Origin: Chitinophagaceae bacterium | GTDB lineage: Bacteria; Bacteroidota; Bacteroidia; Chitinophagales; Chitinophagaceae | DNA length: 64,000 nt | Direction: 5' to 3' | Assembly: GCA_031402615.1 (NCBI GenBank) | Contig: JANNSN010000015.1 | Location: 20,738 to 84,737 of the forward strand | Shown: positions 40,234 to 49,975 of the stretch, one piece after another | Layout: the number at the start of each line of letters is the position of its first letter | How positions within the stretch are numbered: position 1 is the stretch's first letter | Notes under the pieces: model-generated | Told to the model about the DNA's origin: nothing | Databases searched by the model: none | Seen by the model: only the letters and a program-made list of their open reading frames with translations | Made by a program: the position numbers and the translations under genes

Positions 40234-41574
40234 ATGAAACAGAAAATTCTCTATGCAGTTTTACTGATTGGTATTGTTTCGGTTTTCAATATCTCCTGTA
40301 AAAAAGATAACACCGACGATCTGAATAGTAATTTAAAACAAACCAAAACATTCTCAACGGATGTAGTTATCCACTGGCTTAATATGCAGTTAGATATGCT
40401 GAAGATCCCGTTGCCGGTTGGTACCGGTAGCCAGAGTAGTGAGAGATGCCAGGCCTATTGCGGTATTGCACTTTACGAATCGGTTGTACCAGGCATGCCT
40501 GCTTATCAAACCTTACATGGTCAGCTCACCGATTTCCCGGTAATGCCAACCACAGAGCCTGGTAAAGCATATCATTGGGCAGCCAGTGCCAATGCAGCAC
40601 TTGCAGACATGAACCGGAAACTTTTTCCAACAACATCGGCTGCAAACAAAACAAAAATAGATAGTCTTGAAAATGCACTGCAAACAATCTATTCGGGTGA
40701 AGTGAGTGTTGAAACATTGCAACGCTCCATCGCTTTTGGAAAAGAAGTGTCTACAAGGGTTTTTACCTGGGCTGCAACCGATGGTTCGGCAAATGTAAAT
40801 CCTCCTTACGTTGCCCCGCCTCCCACACCAGTTAACCCTTGGTATTGGGTACCAACGTCACCTCCACCAGCTCAAGCTGTTAATCCATATGCATGGCAGC
40901 GCAGGCTCTTAGTGCCTGGTGTTGCTACTGGTACTGCATTACCGCCGCCACCAACCTACTCTATTGTTAACGGCTCCGATTTTTGGAACATGGTAAAAGA
41001 TGTTTATGACAAGCGGAATAATGCAACGCCCGATCAACAAGCTTCTGCTATTTACCACCGCGATGTTCCGGGCTATTCTCCCGGTGGAAATTTTGTTTCC
41101 ATTTTATCTCAAACCCTCAACAAGGCAAAACCTATGCTTGATGTAGCTGCATTAGCCTATGCAAAAATCGGGATAGCTCAGAGTGACGCAACCATTATAT
41201 GTTTCACCGATAAATACAGCTTTAACCTGGTGCGCCCTGTTACTTACATTAAACAATACATAGACCCTGCCTGGACAACATCAATTGCTGTGCCTAACCA
41301 TCCTGAGTTCCCATCGGGCCATGCCACCATCAACGCAGCGGCAACGACCATGCTTGCCAATATGTTTGGCAATAATTTTCAACTCACCCTTCATACGTAC
41401 GATTACCTCAGTTACCCTGCCCGCAGTTATAACTCATGGGAAGAGATGAGCATAGAAATGTCGAACAGCAGGGTATTTAGCGGACTTCATTACCAGGCCA
41501 CCCAGGATAAAAGCAGGGTGCAGGGTAAAAAAATTGCACAGAATATTTTGGATAAAGTGAATTTTAAAAAATAA
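40234..41574 (+). CDS. PAP2-superfamily (vanadium-haloperoxidase / acid-phosphatase-like) lipoprotein
   Basis: 446 aa. Lipobox (NISC). PAP2 signature pieces: KYSFNLVRP (K-x6-RP), PSGH, and SRVFSGLH (SR-x5-H). Confidence 0.75.
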   Translation: MKQKILYAVLLIGIVSVFNISCKKDNTDDLNSNLKQTKTFSTDVVIHWLNMQLDMLKIPLPVGTGSQSSERCQAYCGIALYESVVPGMPAYQTLHGQLTDFPVMPTTEPGKAYHWAASANAALADMNRKLFPTTSAANKTKIDSLENALQTIYSGEVSVETLQRSIAFGKEVSTRVFTWAATDGSANVNPPYVAPPPTPVNPWYWVPTSPPPAQAVNPYAWQRRLLVPGVATGTALPPPPTYSIVNGSDFWNMVKDVYDKRNNATPDQQASAIYHRDVPGYSPGGNFVSILSQTLNKAKPMLDVAALAYAKIGIAQSDATIICFTDKYSFNLVRPVTYIKQYIDPAWTTSIAVPNHPEFPSGHATINAAATTMLANMFGNNFQLTLHTYDYLSYPARSYNSWEEMSIEMSNSRVFSGLHYQATQDKSRVQGKKIAQNILDKVNFKK

Positions 41575-41595
41575 CAAAGAACAGATGACAACCTA

Positions 41596-41620
41596 ACCTG
41601 GCAATTTTGAATTGCCAGGT
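41596..41620 (+). terminator. Strong hairpin ACCTGGCAATT-TTG-AATTGCCAGGT after the PAP2 gene
   Basis: Perfect 11-bp stem. No clear T-run follows, so terminator function is uncertain. Confidence 0.45.
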
Positions 41621-41731
41621 AAGTTAAGTTATACGAACACTTTGTAGATACCCTGTTTTGGAGGATACTGCAATGCTAAACATTTGCAATTGTTTTTAAT
41701 CTGATCTACTTATTATTAAACATTTAATAAA

Positions 41732-44221
41732 ATGAAAAAAGAAATTCTTAAAAAGCTGGTTGCTTTCTTCATAACTGCAATGTTGTTTTCAAATTGCCGT
41801 ACAAGTTTAACAGATATCAGCCCGGACAGAAACAATGGTGTTTCAGATGGAGGAAGTTCAACAGCAGGCCTAATCCTAAATATGGCCGGAGACAAGAATG
41901 GTCTTTACGCCATCGGTTTAAACGCAGGTGTTTGGAAAACAGAAATAGACAAAAACGGATTATTTAATAAATGGAGGCAGTTATCGCAATCTCCCAGATA
42001 TGCACATTGTATTGCTGTTGACCCACAATTTCCTGAGCATATTGCAGTTGGAGAACGGGAAGGAGACGCTGAAAATATTGCAGATAATAATTGTGGCTTA
42101 TGGGAATCGTACGATGGAGGGAAAACTTTTGATCAAAAAAAATATTTTAATCCGCTCACTCATCCATGCAGAATGGACAATTTAACCCAGGTGGTTAATG
42201 GCGTTGTAATCACCAATAAATCCACCACTATAATAACAACTCCGTGCGGAATTGGAAGAAAAGAATATTTTGCAACCACATTTACTTATGCTCATTTTAC
42301 TACTTCGCAGGATGACCAGGCTTTTACTGCCATAGCTACTTTTAAAGATTTGATTGTTGCCCGAACTGTAAATTCAATTTTTATTTCGAATGATGATGGG
42401 AAAAACTGGAGTGAACATATTATTAAGCTTAATTTTCAAAATCAAAATTTTACCCAGGCGGATAAAGAGGGCATTTATTCATTGTGTGTACTTCAGGAAC
42501 CACAAAATAAAAATATATTCATTTATATTCCCGTAACCCGAAATCCCAACGGACCTTGCATTGCAACCGATAAAGGTATTGATCCATGTGACGGCACTTC
42601 TACGGATCCGCCGACCTGTAATTACGGTTCGTTTTTAGTATTCAACAATCAAAATCAACAATGGAATTATCAAATCATTAATGAGCGGGGAATAGGAACA
42701 GGTTGGGGGGGGCGGGTATTCATGAAATCCTTTTTTTCAAATAATGCTGAACTCGAGAATAAAGTTAGTGGAAATACAAATTTAATTTATTGTTCTGCAC
42801 AAAATATTTTTAAAGCTGCAAGTTTAAGAGCCGATGGTACGGCCGTATGGGAAAATATTGCAAATGCCAATGTTTGTGGCGAACCAAAACCTTCAAATTT
42901 TCATTCTGATATTTGGGATTTTCTTTTAGACCCAAAAGGCTGGTATGCCTGGATAAGTTCCGATGGTGGAGTATATTATAATGCAATGAATCGCCAACAG
43001 ACTACCATTACTTTAAATACCGAACAAAAATATTTAAACTTAAATTCGGGCTTACATACACAACATATACATGAATCGTTTGTGGCCGGATATTTAGGAA
43101 ACAGGTCGGGGGAAGAGCATTATGGTTATGGCAGCCAGGATAATGGTGGCTGGAAAAATGTAACGGTAAATAATATTTCAAATTGGTTGGGTATAGACGG
43201 AACTACTGATGTAAATATTATAGAAGGTGACCAGGGAAATCCTGCTTTTATATTAACAGCCCGGAACCTGCAGAGTGCTGTGCTTGCAGGACTTCAAAGT
43301 CCAGGTCAGCTTCCTCCTTCTGGAGCTAAGATTGGTGCTACAACTATTAGTTACAATGGAAGAAGTTTTCACTTTATTCAAACGCTGAATAATGAAAGTC
43401 CTCACATAATGCTTGATGCGGTGATGCTAACTACCCTGCCCCTGCAATATCAAAAAGATAAAAAATTCTTTAACGTGCCTGGCGTGCTTGGCTCCGGTAC
43501 CGGGTCTGCTATTATCAGGAACAATTCATTTGCTACCAATCCAGATATAAATATATCATTGGGTGCCGGCTGGAATATTGAATTTAATGACTTACCAGTA
43601 GGCTCACAAGCCTTTTGGGTCTCGGGTGGCCATGCTGATCCAACTTATTTTCTTATCTGCGATCAATCAAATAATTCAGTTTTATTCAAAAGAAAAAAAA
43701 GTGAAAATTCGTGGACAAGGTTAATCCTCCCGGGTATTGTACAGCTAATACCATACGAACCTGGCAAAGTTCAGCACGGCCCTGTTTTTGTAAACCCATA
43801 TAATCCGTTTGAAATTTATATTTCGTGCATTGATGGGATTTATCATGGAACCCTTGCTGTTGGAGGATTTATATTCGACAAAGATGTGGAATTGACGAAC
43901 CTGGTATCAGGCAACGGTAAATACCCAATTGAAAAAACTTTTCCAGGTGGTAAAGGTATAAATGTAGTATGGTCTAACCAGTCAGTTTTAAATAAAATGT
44001 ATCCTGTATCAGGGATTTCATTCAACAGGTATAACCCCAAACAGGTTGTAGCAAGTTCTCCTTTTACAGGAGTATTTTTTAAAGACGGAAGCAAAAAATG
44101 GAAAGATCTGTCAGATGTATTACCAAAGCCATTTACACCAGTAAGTTCTGTAAATATTAATAACCAGGGAATTTATGTTACCACAGAAGGAAGAGGCATA
44201 TTCTTGATTAATAATTACTAA
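41732..44221 (+). CDS. Lipoprotein with BNR/Asp-box repeats (sialidase-like beta-propeller fold probable)
   Basis: 829 aa. Lipobox (FSNC). Asp-box motifs (ESYDGGKTF, SNDDGKNWS, SSDGGVYY). Confidence 0.65.
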   Translation: MKKEILKKLVAFFITAMLFSNCRTSLTDISPDRNNGVSDGGSSTAGLILNMAGDKNGLYAIGLNAGVWKTEIDKNGLFNKWRQLSQSPRYAHCIAVDPQFPEHIAVGEREGDAENIADNNCGLWESYDGGKTFDQKKYFNPLTHPCRMDNLTQVVNGVVITNKSTTIITTPCGIGRKEYFATTFTYAHFTTSQDDQAFTAIATFKDLIVARTVNSIFISNDDGKNWSEHIIKLNFQNQNFTQADKEGIYSLCVLQEPQNKNIFIYIPVTRNPNGPCIATDKGIDPCDGTSTDPPTCNYGSFLVFNNQNQQWNYQIINERGIGTGWGGRVFMKSFFSNNAELENKVSGNTNLIYCSAQNIFKAASLRADGTAVWENIANANVCGEPKPSNFHSDIWDFLLDPKGWYAWISSDGGVYYNAMNRQQTTITLNTEQKYLNLNSGLHTQHIHESFVAGYLGNRSGEEHYGYGSQDNGGWKNVTVNNISNWLGIDGTTDVNIIEGDQGNPAFILTARNLQSAVLAGLQSPGQLPPSGAKIGATTISYNGRSFHFIQTLNNESPHIMLDAVMLTTLPLQYQKDKKFFNVPGVLGSGTGSAIIRNNSFATNPDINISLGAGWNIEFNDLPVGSQAFWVSGGHADPTYFLICDQSNNSVLFKRKKSENSWTRLILPGIVQLIPYEPGKVQHGPVFVNPYNPFEIYISCIDGIYHGTLAVGGFIFDKDVELTNLVSGNGKYPIEKTFPGGKGINVVWSNQSVLNKMYPVSGISFNRYNPKQVVASSPFTGVFFKDGSKKWKDLSDVLPKPFTPVSSVNINNQGIYVTTEGRGIFLINNY

Positions 44222-44273
44222 GCTCCGGATATCTTCTGTATGTATAAATATTTTTATGATTCAAATTTTTCTA

Positions 44274-45776
44274 ATGAAAAAGATATTAAAATTTGCAGCC
44301 CTTATTTTATTTACAGGAGTGTTGTTGAATATCGCCTGCAAAAAAGAATACTCCTGCGAAGGATGCTATGGTAATAAGCCCCCTGTCGCCAATGCAGTAA
44401 AAGATACCACCATCATTTTACCGGTTGATTCTGTAAACCTTGATGGAAGCGCATCCTACGATCCTGATGGTACCATCACCGGTTTCACCTGGAGAAAAAT
44501 TTCGGGGCCTGTATCGTTTAGCATTTTAAATGCATCAGCGGCTAGGACTAATGTAATGGCCCTTACTTCAGGAGTTTACCAGTTTGAATTGAAAGTGACA
44601 GATAATAAAGGGCTTTCTGCGAAAGATACGATGATGGTAATTGTGGATGTTACCATAGTAACTAATCATCCGCCAATTGCCAATGCAGGACCTGACCAGG
44701 TGATAACTTTACCAACCAATACAATAACACTGAATGGAACTGCTTCTTTTGATCCGGATAATAACATTACGGGTTATGCATGGGCAAAAATTTCCGGTTC
44801 TTCAGCATTCAACATTACAAATACAAATGCTGTGCAAACAGCTGTAACAAATCTTGTACAGGGTATTTACCAGTTCGAATTGAAAGTAACAGACGCCACC
44901 ATGTTGTTTTCAAAAGATACGGTGCAGGTAACTGTAAAGAATCTGCCAACGCCATGTACAGACTGTAAGATTGTTTTTGTAAGTACCCGGGATGGCAACG
45001 CTGAGATCTATTCCTGCAATGTTGATGGGTCCAATATTCATCGGCTCACAAACGATGCCGGGCACGATGACCACCCAGCCTGGTCACCCGATGGAACACA
45101 GATTGCTTTCATCAGTGACCGCTCCGGGAATCCTGACCTATACATCATGAATAAGGACGGCTCAAATCTTGTACGCAGGACCTATTCTGGAAGTTATACC
45201 GAACACCCGGCATGGTCGCCTGATGGAACGAAAATAGTGTATTCGGCTCTTAGCAACGGTAGCGCAGATATCTGGGTGATCAACGCCACGAGTGGGTCAC
45301 CTACCTTACTGTTCAACGCACCTGGATGGGACAATCAGCCAAAATGGTCGCCAGATGGATTGAAGATTGCACTGGTCAGTGATTGGATGGCTTACGACTT
45401 TGTCTATGACATCTATACTATCAACGCCGACGGTACTGGTTTCACTACGCTCACCGGAAATATCTTCGATCACATCGATTACCTGAATCCGAGTTGGTCG
45501 CCTACTGGTACGAAACTCGCAATGGCGATGAGCCAGACGATTGCCATTAATCAATATAAAACGCAGATTGGAATCATGAACTCAAATGGTAGTGTAATCA
45601 CTGTGATTATGCCTGACGCTGCAACATGGTCAAGAACTTCATGGTCGGGAGATGGAACCAGGATAGCATACACTTCGTTGTCCGGATCGGGGATGGACGT
45701 CTCGTGGGTTTCCGCAGATGGTTCTGCATGGGGTACCATCGTGACCAACGGCTGGAATGCAGACTGGCAACACTAA
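44274..45776 (+). CDS. Lipoprotein with two PKD-like domains and a PD40/TolB-like beta-propeller
   Basis: ATG 44274 (MKKILKFAALIL...NIAC lipobox). Duplicated PKD-like modules (PVANA...LDGSASYDPDG.ITGF.W.KISGP). Repeated PD40 motifs (HPAWSPDGT.IAF.SDRSGN.DLY). Confidence 0.8.
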   Translation: MKKILKFAALILFTGVLLNIACKKEYSCEGCYGNKPPVANAVKDTTIILPVDSVNLDGSASYDPDGTITGFTWRKISGPVSFSILNASAARTNVMALTSGVYQFELKVTDNKGLSAKDTMMVIVDVTIVTNHPPIANAGPDQVITLPTNTITLNGTASFDPDNNITGYAWAKISGSSAFNITNTNAVQTAVTNLVQGIYQFELKVTDATMLFSKDTVQVTVKNLPTPCTDCKIVFVSTRDGNAEIYSCNVDGSNIHRLTNDAGHDDHPAWSPDGTQIAFISDRSGNPDLYIMNKDGSNLVRRTYSGSYTEHPAWSPDGTKIVYSALSNGSADIWVINATSGSPTLLFNAPGWDNQPKWSPDGLKIALVSDWMAYDFVYDIYTINADGTGFTTLTGNIFDHIDYLNPSWSPTGTKLAMAMSQTIAINQYKTQIGIMNSNGSVITVIMPDAATWSRTSWSGDGTRIAYTSLSGSGMDVSWVSADGSAWGTIVTNGWNADWQH

Positions 45777-45993
45777 CATAAACTCCGCCGGATCGTGATC
45801 TATTGGGATATATGCAGCGTTTTTTTTACCGTCGTTTTTTTTATTCGCATGTTCAATTATTTCTGTAACCAATACAATACACATAGCCAGCGGAGTTGTG
45901 AATGGAGTACTTTCCAAACAGGTATAGAAGCTGGAGTTTTAATCTATCGTAAACTTTAAATAAGTATGTTAATTTTGTTTTTTAAAATTTGAG

Positions 45994-48183
45994 ATGAAAA
46001 AAATATTGGTCATCTTTTTTTCCACATTTGCTGCATGTAAGCTGGATGCACAAAACGTAAATTTTGCCTGGGCGAGGCAAATAAGTGGGATTGGGGCGGA
46101 GTATTTTAGTCATGCCATTGCAACTGATGTTGCAGGCAACGTTTATACCACAGGAAGTTTTAACGGGACGGTGGATTTTGACCCAGGCCCGGCTGTCTAT
46201 AATCTTACCTCTACAGGTCCGGATATCTTTATTTGTAAGCTCAACGCTACCGGCAGTTTTGTTTGGGCCAGGCAGATGGTAGGGACCGGTTTTCAAAGCA
46301 CTGGTTATGGAATTACCGTAGATGCACAGGGAAATATTTTTACAACAGGGAGTTTTTATGGTACTGTTGACTTTGATCCCGGACCTGCTGTTTATAATAT
46401 GACAGGTTCGCCGGTTGCAATGTTTGTTTCTAAATTAAATGCTGCTGGTAATCTTGTATGGGCAAAGCATATTGGAGGCGTATCAAATGATAACGCGTTT
46501 GGAAGATCAATAGCCTTAGATATAGCCGGTAATATTCTTATCACCGGTTCCTTTTATGGAACTTCAGTTGATTTTGATCCGGGCCCGGGCCTGTATATAC
46601 TCAATTCAAGCTTTAATGTAGAAAAGATATTTGTGTCCAAATTAGACGGCTCAGGAAATTTTGTTTGGGCAAAACAAATGGTTGCCATATTAGATGGATC
46701 GGGCATTGCTGGAGCAAGTGGCAAATCTATTGCCGTGGATATGTCTGGTAATGTTTATACAACAGGAACTTATGGCGGTACTGTAGATTTTGATCCCGGA
46801 ACCGGTAACTTTTATATGAGTACTATTTCTACCAGTGGCAATAGCTATGTTTCAAAATTAGATGCAGCAGGAAATTTTATCTGGGCAAATCAAATAGAAC
46901 AAAATGTATCTGTAGCCATGGTTAATTCATTGGCATTAGATGTTTTTGGGAGCATTTATACTACTGGATATTTTGGAGGTACTGCAGACTTTGACCCGGG
47001 TTCCGGTGTTTTTAATATGACATCAAGCGCCAGTAATAATGTTTATATTTTAAAATTAGATGTAACAGGAAATTTTATCTGGGCTAAACAAATGGCAGGA
47101 TCTGGTTCGTCAGGTGCCTCATCAATATCCATAGATGCAATTGGCAATGTTTATACTACCGGATCATTTAGCCGTACAGTGGATTTTGACCCGGGGCCAC
47201 GCACTTATGATATAACCACGGTTGGCATAAATGGAGATATGTTTGTATCTAAATTAGATAAAAATGGAGATTTTATCTGGGCCAAACAAATGGGAGGTGG
47301 AAGTTCATCGTATGCAGGCGCTAATGCTATTTCCCTCGATGCTTTTGGAAATATTTTTACTACAGGAGAATTTAAAGAGATTGTTGATTTTGATCCCGAT
47401 ACTCCTGTATTCAACCTGACTTCCGTAGAGTCATTAGATATTTTTGTACATAAGCTTAGCCGCTGCAGTAACAGCACATCTTCTACAATTAACGCATCTG
47501 CCTGCAGCACTTATACTTTAAACGGGCAAACTTATACATTAAGTGGCGTGTATACACAAACATTGATCAATGCAGCAGGGTGTGACAGTATTGTAATACT
47601 GAACCTGGCCATCAATAACCGGTACACAATAATTAATGCTGCGGTATGTAACAGTTATTTATGGAACGGACAAACCTACACCAATAGTGGAACTTACCAG
47701 GATACATTAGCAGCATCTAATGGATGTGATAGTATTTTTACCCTAAACCTGGTTATAAACTCCAGATCATTTTCTAACATCAATATCGCAATTTGCCCCG
47801 GTCAAAATTATGAAGGCCATACCACAACAGGTACCTATATTGATACAATTGTTGCAGCAAATGGATGTGATAGTGTACGAACATTAAATCTTACCGTTAA
47901 AACAAATTGCAATACCTATATTCCAAATACTTTTACACCAAATAATGATGGATTAAATGATCTGTTTAAACCAACCATCAACCGTTCTTTTCAACATTAT
48001 AGTTTTGTCATCTTCAACCGCTATGGACAAAAGATTTTTGAAACCGGTAATTATGGAACAGGATGGAACGGCACTTATAAAGGAAAAGACCAGCCATCGG
48101 GTTCCTATGTTTACCGGATAAAATTTACTGATATTTCGGGCCAGTTATCTGAAAATAACGGAACTGTTTTGCTATTGCGTTAA
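45994..48183 (+). CDS. SBBP-repeat beta-propeller protein with Cys-containing repeats and a T9SS type-B C-terminal sorting domain
   Basis: 729 aa. Seven units of GN.YTTGSF.GTVDFDPGP...N.TS...D.FVSKLD..GNF.WAKQ. Three ~38-aa C..Y.WNGQTYT.SGTY...L....GCDS...LNL repeats. CTD (IPNTFTPNNDGLNDLFKP...NRYGQKIF...GWNGTYKG...GSYVY...GTVLLLR). Confidence 0.85.
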   Translation: MKKILVIFFSTFAACKLDAQNVNFAWARQISGIGAEYFSHAIATDVAGNVYTTGSFNGTVDFDPGPAVYNLTSTGPDIFICKLNATGSFVWARQMVGTGFQSTGYGITVDAQGNIFTTGSFYGTVDFDPGPAVYNMTGSPVAMFVSKLNAAGNLVWAKHIGGVSNDNAFGRSIALDIAGNILITGSFYGTSVDFDPGPGLYILNSSFNVEKIFVSKLDGSGNFVWAKQMVAILDGSGIAGASGKSIAVDMSGNVYTTGTYGGTVDFDPGTGNFYMSTISTSGNSYVSKLDAAGNFIWANQIEQNVSVAMVNSLALDVFGSIYTTGYFGGTADFDPGSGVFNMTSSASNNVYILKLDVTGNFIWAKQMAGSGSSGASSISIDAIGNVYTTGSFSRTVDFDPGPRTYDITTVGINGDMFVSKLDKNGDFIWAKQMGGGSSSYAGANAISLDAFGNIFTTGEFKEIVDFDPDTPVFNLTSVESLDIFVHKLSRCSNSTSSTINASACSTYTLNGQTYTLSGVYTQTLINAAGCDSIVILNLAINNRYTIINAAVCNSYLWNGQTYTNSGTYQDTLAASNGCDSIFTLNLVINSRSFSNINIAICPGQNYEGHTTTGTYIDTIVAANGCDSVRTLNLTVKTNCNTYIPNTFTPNNDGLNDLFKPTINRSFQHYSFVIFNRYGQKIFETGNYGTGWNGTYKGKDQPSGSYVYRIKFTDISGQLSENNGTVLLLR

Positions 48184-48228
48184 AATCATTGTTTCGTTAC
48201 CATTTTTTGGGCAAGTAGTTTTTTCTCT

Positions 48229-48236
48229 TACCTTTG
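48229..48236 (+). promoter_or_regulatory. -7 promoter box TACCTTTG, 3 nt upstream of the guaB ATG
   Basis: Exact motif ends at 48236 and the ATG is at 48240. Confidence 0.55.
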
Positions 48237-48239
48237 CCT

Positions 48240-49733
48240 ATGGCAATAATAAATAACTCCAAAACAAAAAGCAATTCCAAAAAATTTTTCGGCGAAGGCT
48301 TAACGTTCGATGACGTTTTACTGATGCCTTCCTATTCTCAAATATTACCCCGTGAGGTAAATATCAGTACGCAACTTACAAAAAGCATCACCTTGCATGT
48401 ACCCATGTTGAGTGCGGCGATGGATACAGTTACCGAAGCTGCCCTGGCCATCGCACTGGCGAGAGAGGGAGGGCTTGGTATATTGCACAAAAACATGAGT
48501 ATAGATCAGCAGGCCGACCAGGTGCGTAAAGTAAAAAGAAGCGAAAGCGGTATGATCATCGATCCTGTTACATTAAGCCCGGATGCAACGATCGGCGAAG
48601 CATTAAAGCTGATGAAAGAAAATAAGATCGGCGGTATTCCCATTGTGGATGCAGGACATAAACTGGTGGGTATCCTAACCAACCGTGATCTCCGTTTTGA
48701 AACGCATTTTAAGGCTAAGGTGAGTACCGTAATGACAAAGGATAACCTGATCACAGCACCCGAGGGCACCGACCTGAAAAAAGCAGAACTCATTTTCAAA
48801 AAAAACAAGATTGAAAAATTGCCGGTGGTAGACAAAACCGGGAAATTGCTGGGACTGGTAACATTCAGTGATATCTTAAAATTAAAATCTCACCCATACG
48901 CTGTTAAAGATTCTTTTGGCAGGTTATTGGTTGGTGCTGGCGTGGGTATCACCAGCGACACCATGTTACGGGTGGAAGCCTTATACAAAGTGGGTGTTGA
49001 TGTCATTTGCATCGACAGTGCCCATGGTCATACCAAAGGCGTTATCGATACATTAAAAAACATAAAAAAGAAATATAAAACCTTACAGATCATCGCCGGT
49101 AATGTGGCAACAGGTGCCGGTGCAAGGGCGTTGGCCGATGCCGGAGCCGATGCTGTGAAAGTGGGTATAGGACCGGGTTCTATCTGTACTACCCGTATTG
49201 TGGCAGGTACAGGCGTACCACAAATAACAGCAGTGATGGAAGCGGCTGCCGCACTAAAAAATAAAAACATCGGCATCATCAGCGACGGCGGCATCAGGTA
49301 TACGGGCGACATGGTGAAAGCGCTGGCTGCGGGCGCCGGCTCGGTGATGATGGGCAATATTTTTGCAGGTACCGAAGAAAGCCCCGGGGAAACGATCATT
49401 TATGAAGGAAGAAAATTTAAACAATACCGCGGCATGGGCTCACTGGGTGCCATGGCCCAGGGCAGCAGCGACCGTTATTTCCAGGACGTAGAAGACGATA
49501 TCAAAAAATTTGTACCCGAAGGAATTGAAGGCCGTGTTGCCTTTAAAGGCAATATACGTGAAGTGATTCAACAGTTCACCGGTGGCCTGAGGGCAGGCAT
49601 GGGTTATTGCGGCGCAAAAGATATCCTTGAATTACAAAAAGCAACTTTTGTTAAGATTTCCAATGCCGGCATGAGAGAAAGTCATGCACATGATATTGAG
49701 ATAACCAAGGAGGCACCGAATTACAGCAGGTAG
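48240..49733 (+). CDS. guaB: IMP dehydrogenase
   Basis: ATG 48240 is preferred over TTG 48234. Contains [11 protein letters not shown], a CBS pair, [18 protein letters not shown] and GGIRYTGD. Confidence 0.96.
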   Translation: MAIINNSKTKSNSKKFFGEGLTFDDVLLMPSYSQILPREVNISTQLTKSITLHVPMLSAAMDTVTEAALAIALAREGGLGILHKNMSIDQQADQVRKVKRSESGMIIDPVTLSPDATIGEALKLMKENKIGGIPIVDAGHKLVGILTNRDLRFETHFKAKVSTVMTKDNLITAPEGTDLKKAELIFKKNKIEKLPVVDKTGKLLGLVTFSDILKLKSHPYAVKDSFGRLLVGAGVGITSDTMLRVEALYKVGVDVICIDSAHGHTKGVIDTLKNIKKKYKTLQIIAGNVATGAGARALADAGADAVKVGIGPGSICTTRIVAGTGVPQITAVMEAAAALKNKNIGIISDGGIRYTGDMVKALAAGAGSVMMGNIFAGTEESPGETIIYEGRKFKQYRGMGSLGAMAQGSSDRYFQDVEDDIKKFVPEGIEGRVAFKGNIREVIQQFTGGLRAGMGYCGAKDILELQKATFVKISNAGMRESHAHDIEITKEAPNYSR

Positions 49734-49975
49734 GCACCCCCTCCGCCCCGTAAAGGGGGAACTGAACATAGAGAAGATTGATAGCGTAGCTCATTATGAA
49801 GAAAAAAATTCAAAATTTTACAGTGTTTAATTTCGAGTTCCCTCTCCTTGGGAAAGGGGTTGGGGTGAGGCTTCCGCTCCCTATCTTCGGTAATGGGAGA
49901 TGGAGGGTAAGGCTGCTCCTCATTTGCACATTTACCATTTTGCACATCTGCACATTTGCACAAGACAGTTCCCAC
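49734..49975. repeat. Cluster of GC-rich Bacteroidota intergenic repeat motifs
   Basis: CCCCCT..AGGGGG hairpin (49737-49759). CCCTCTCCTTGGGAAAGGGGTTGGGGTGAGG (49840-49870). CTCCC..GGGAG hairpin. Four TGCACA(T) units (49925-49962). These motifs generate spurious ORFs on both strands. Confidence 0.75.

Noticed and set aside
34543-48183. A prophage, ICE or transposon as the origin of the accessory block
   Set aside because: No integrase, transposase, conjugation or phage structural genes were found, and no flanking direct repeats or tRNA. Only the composition and gene content suggest accessory status.
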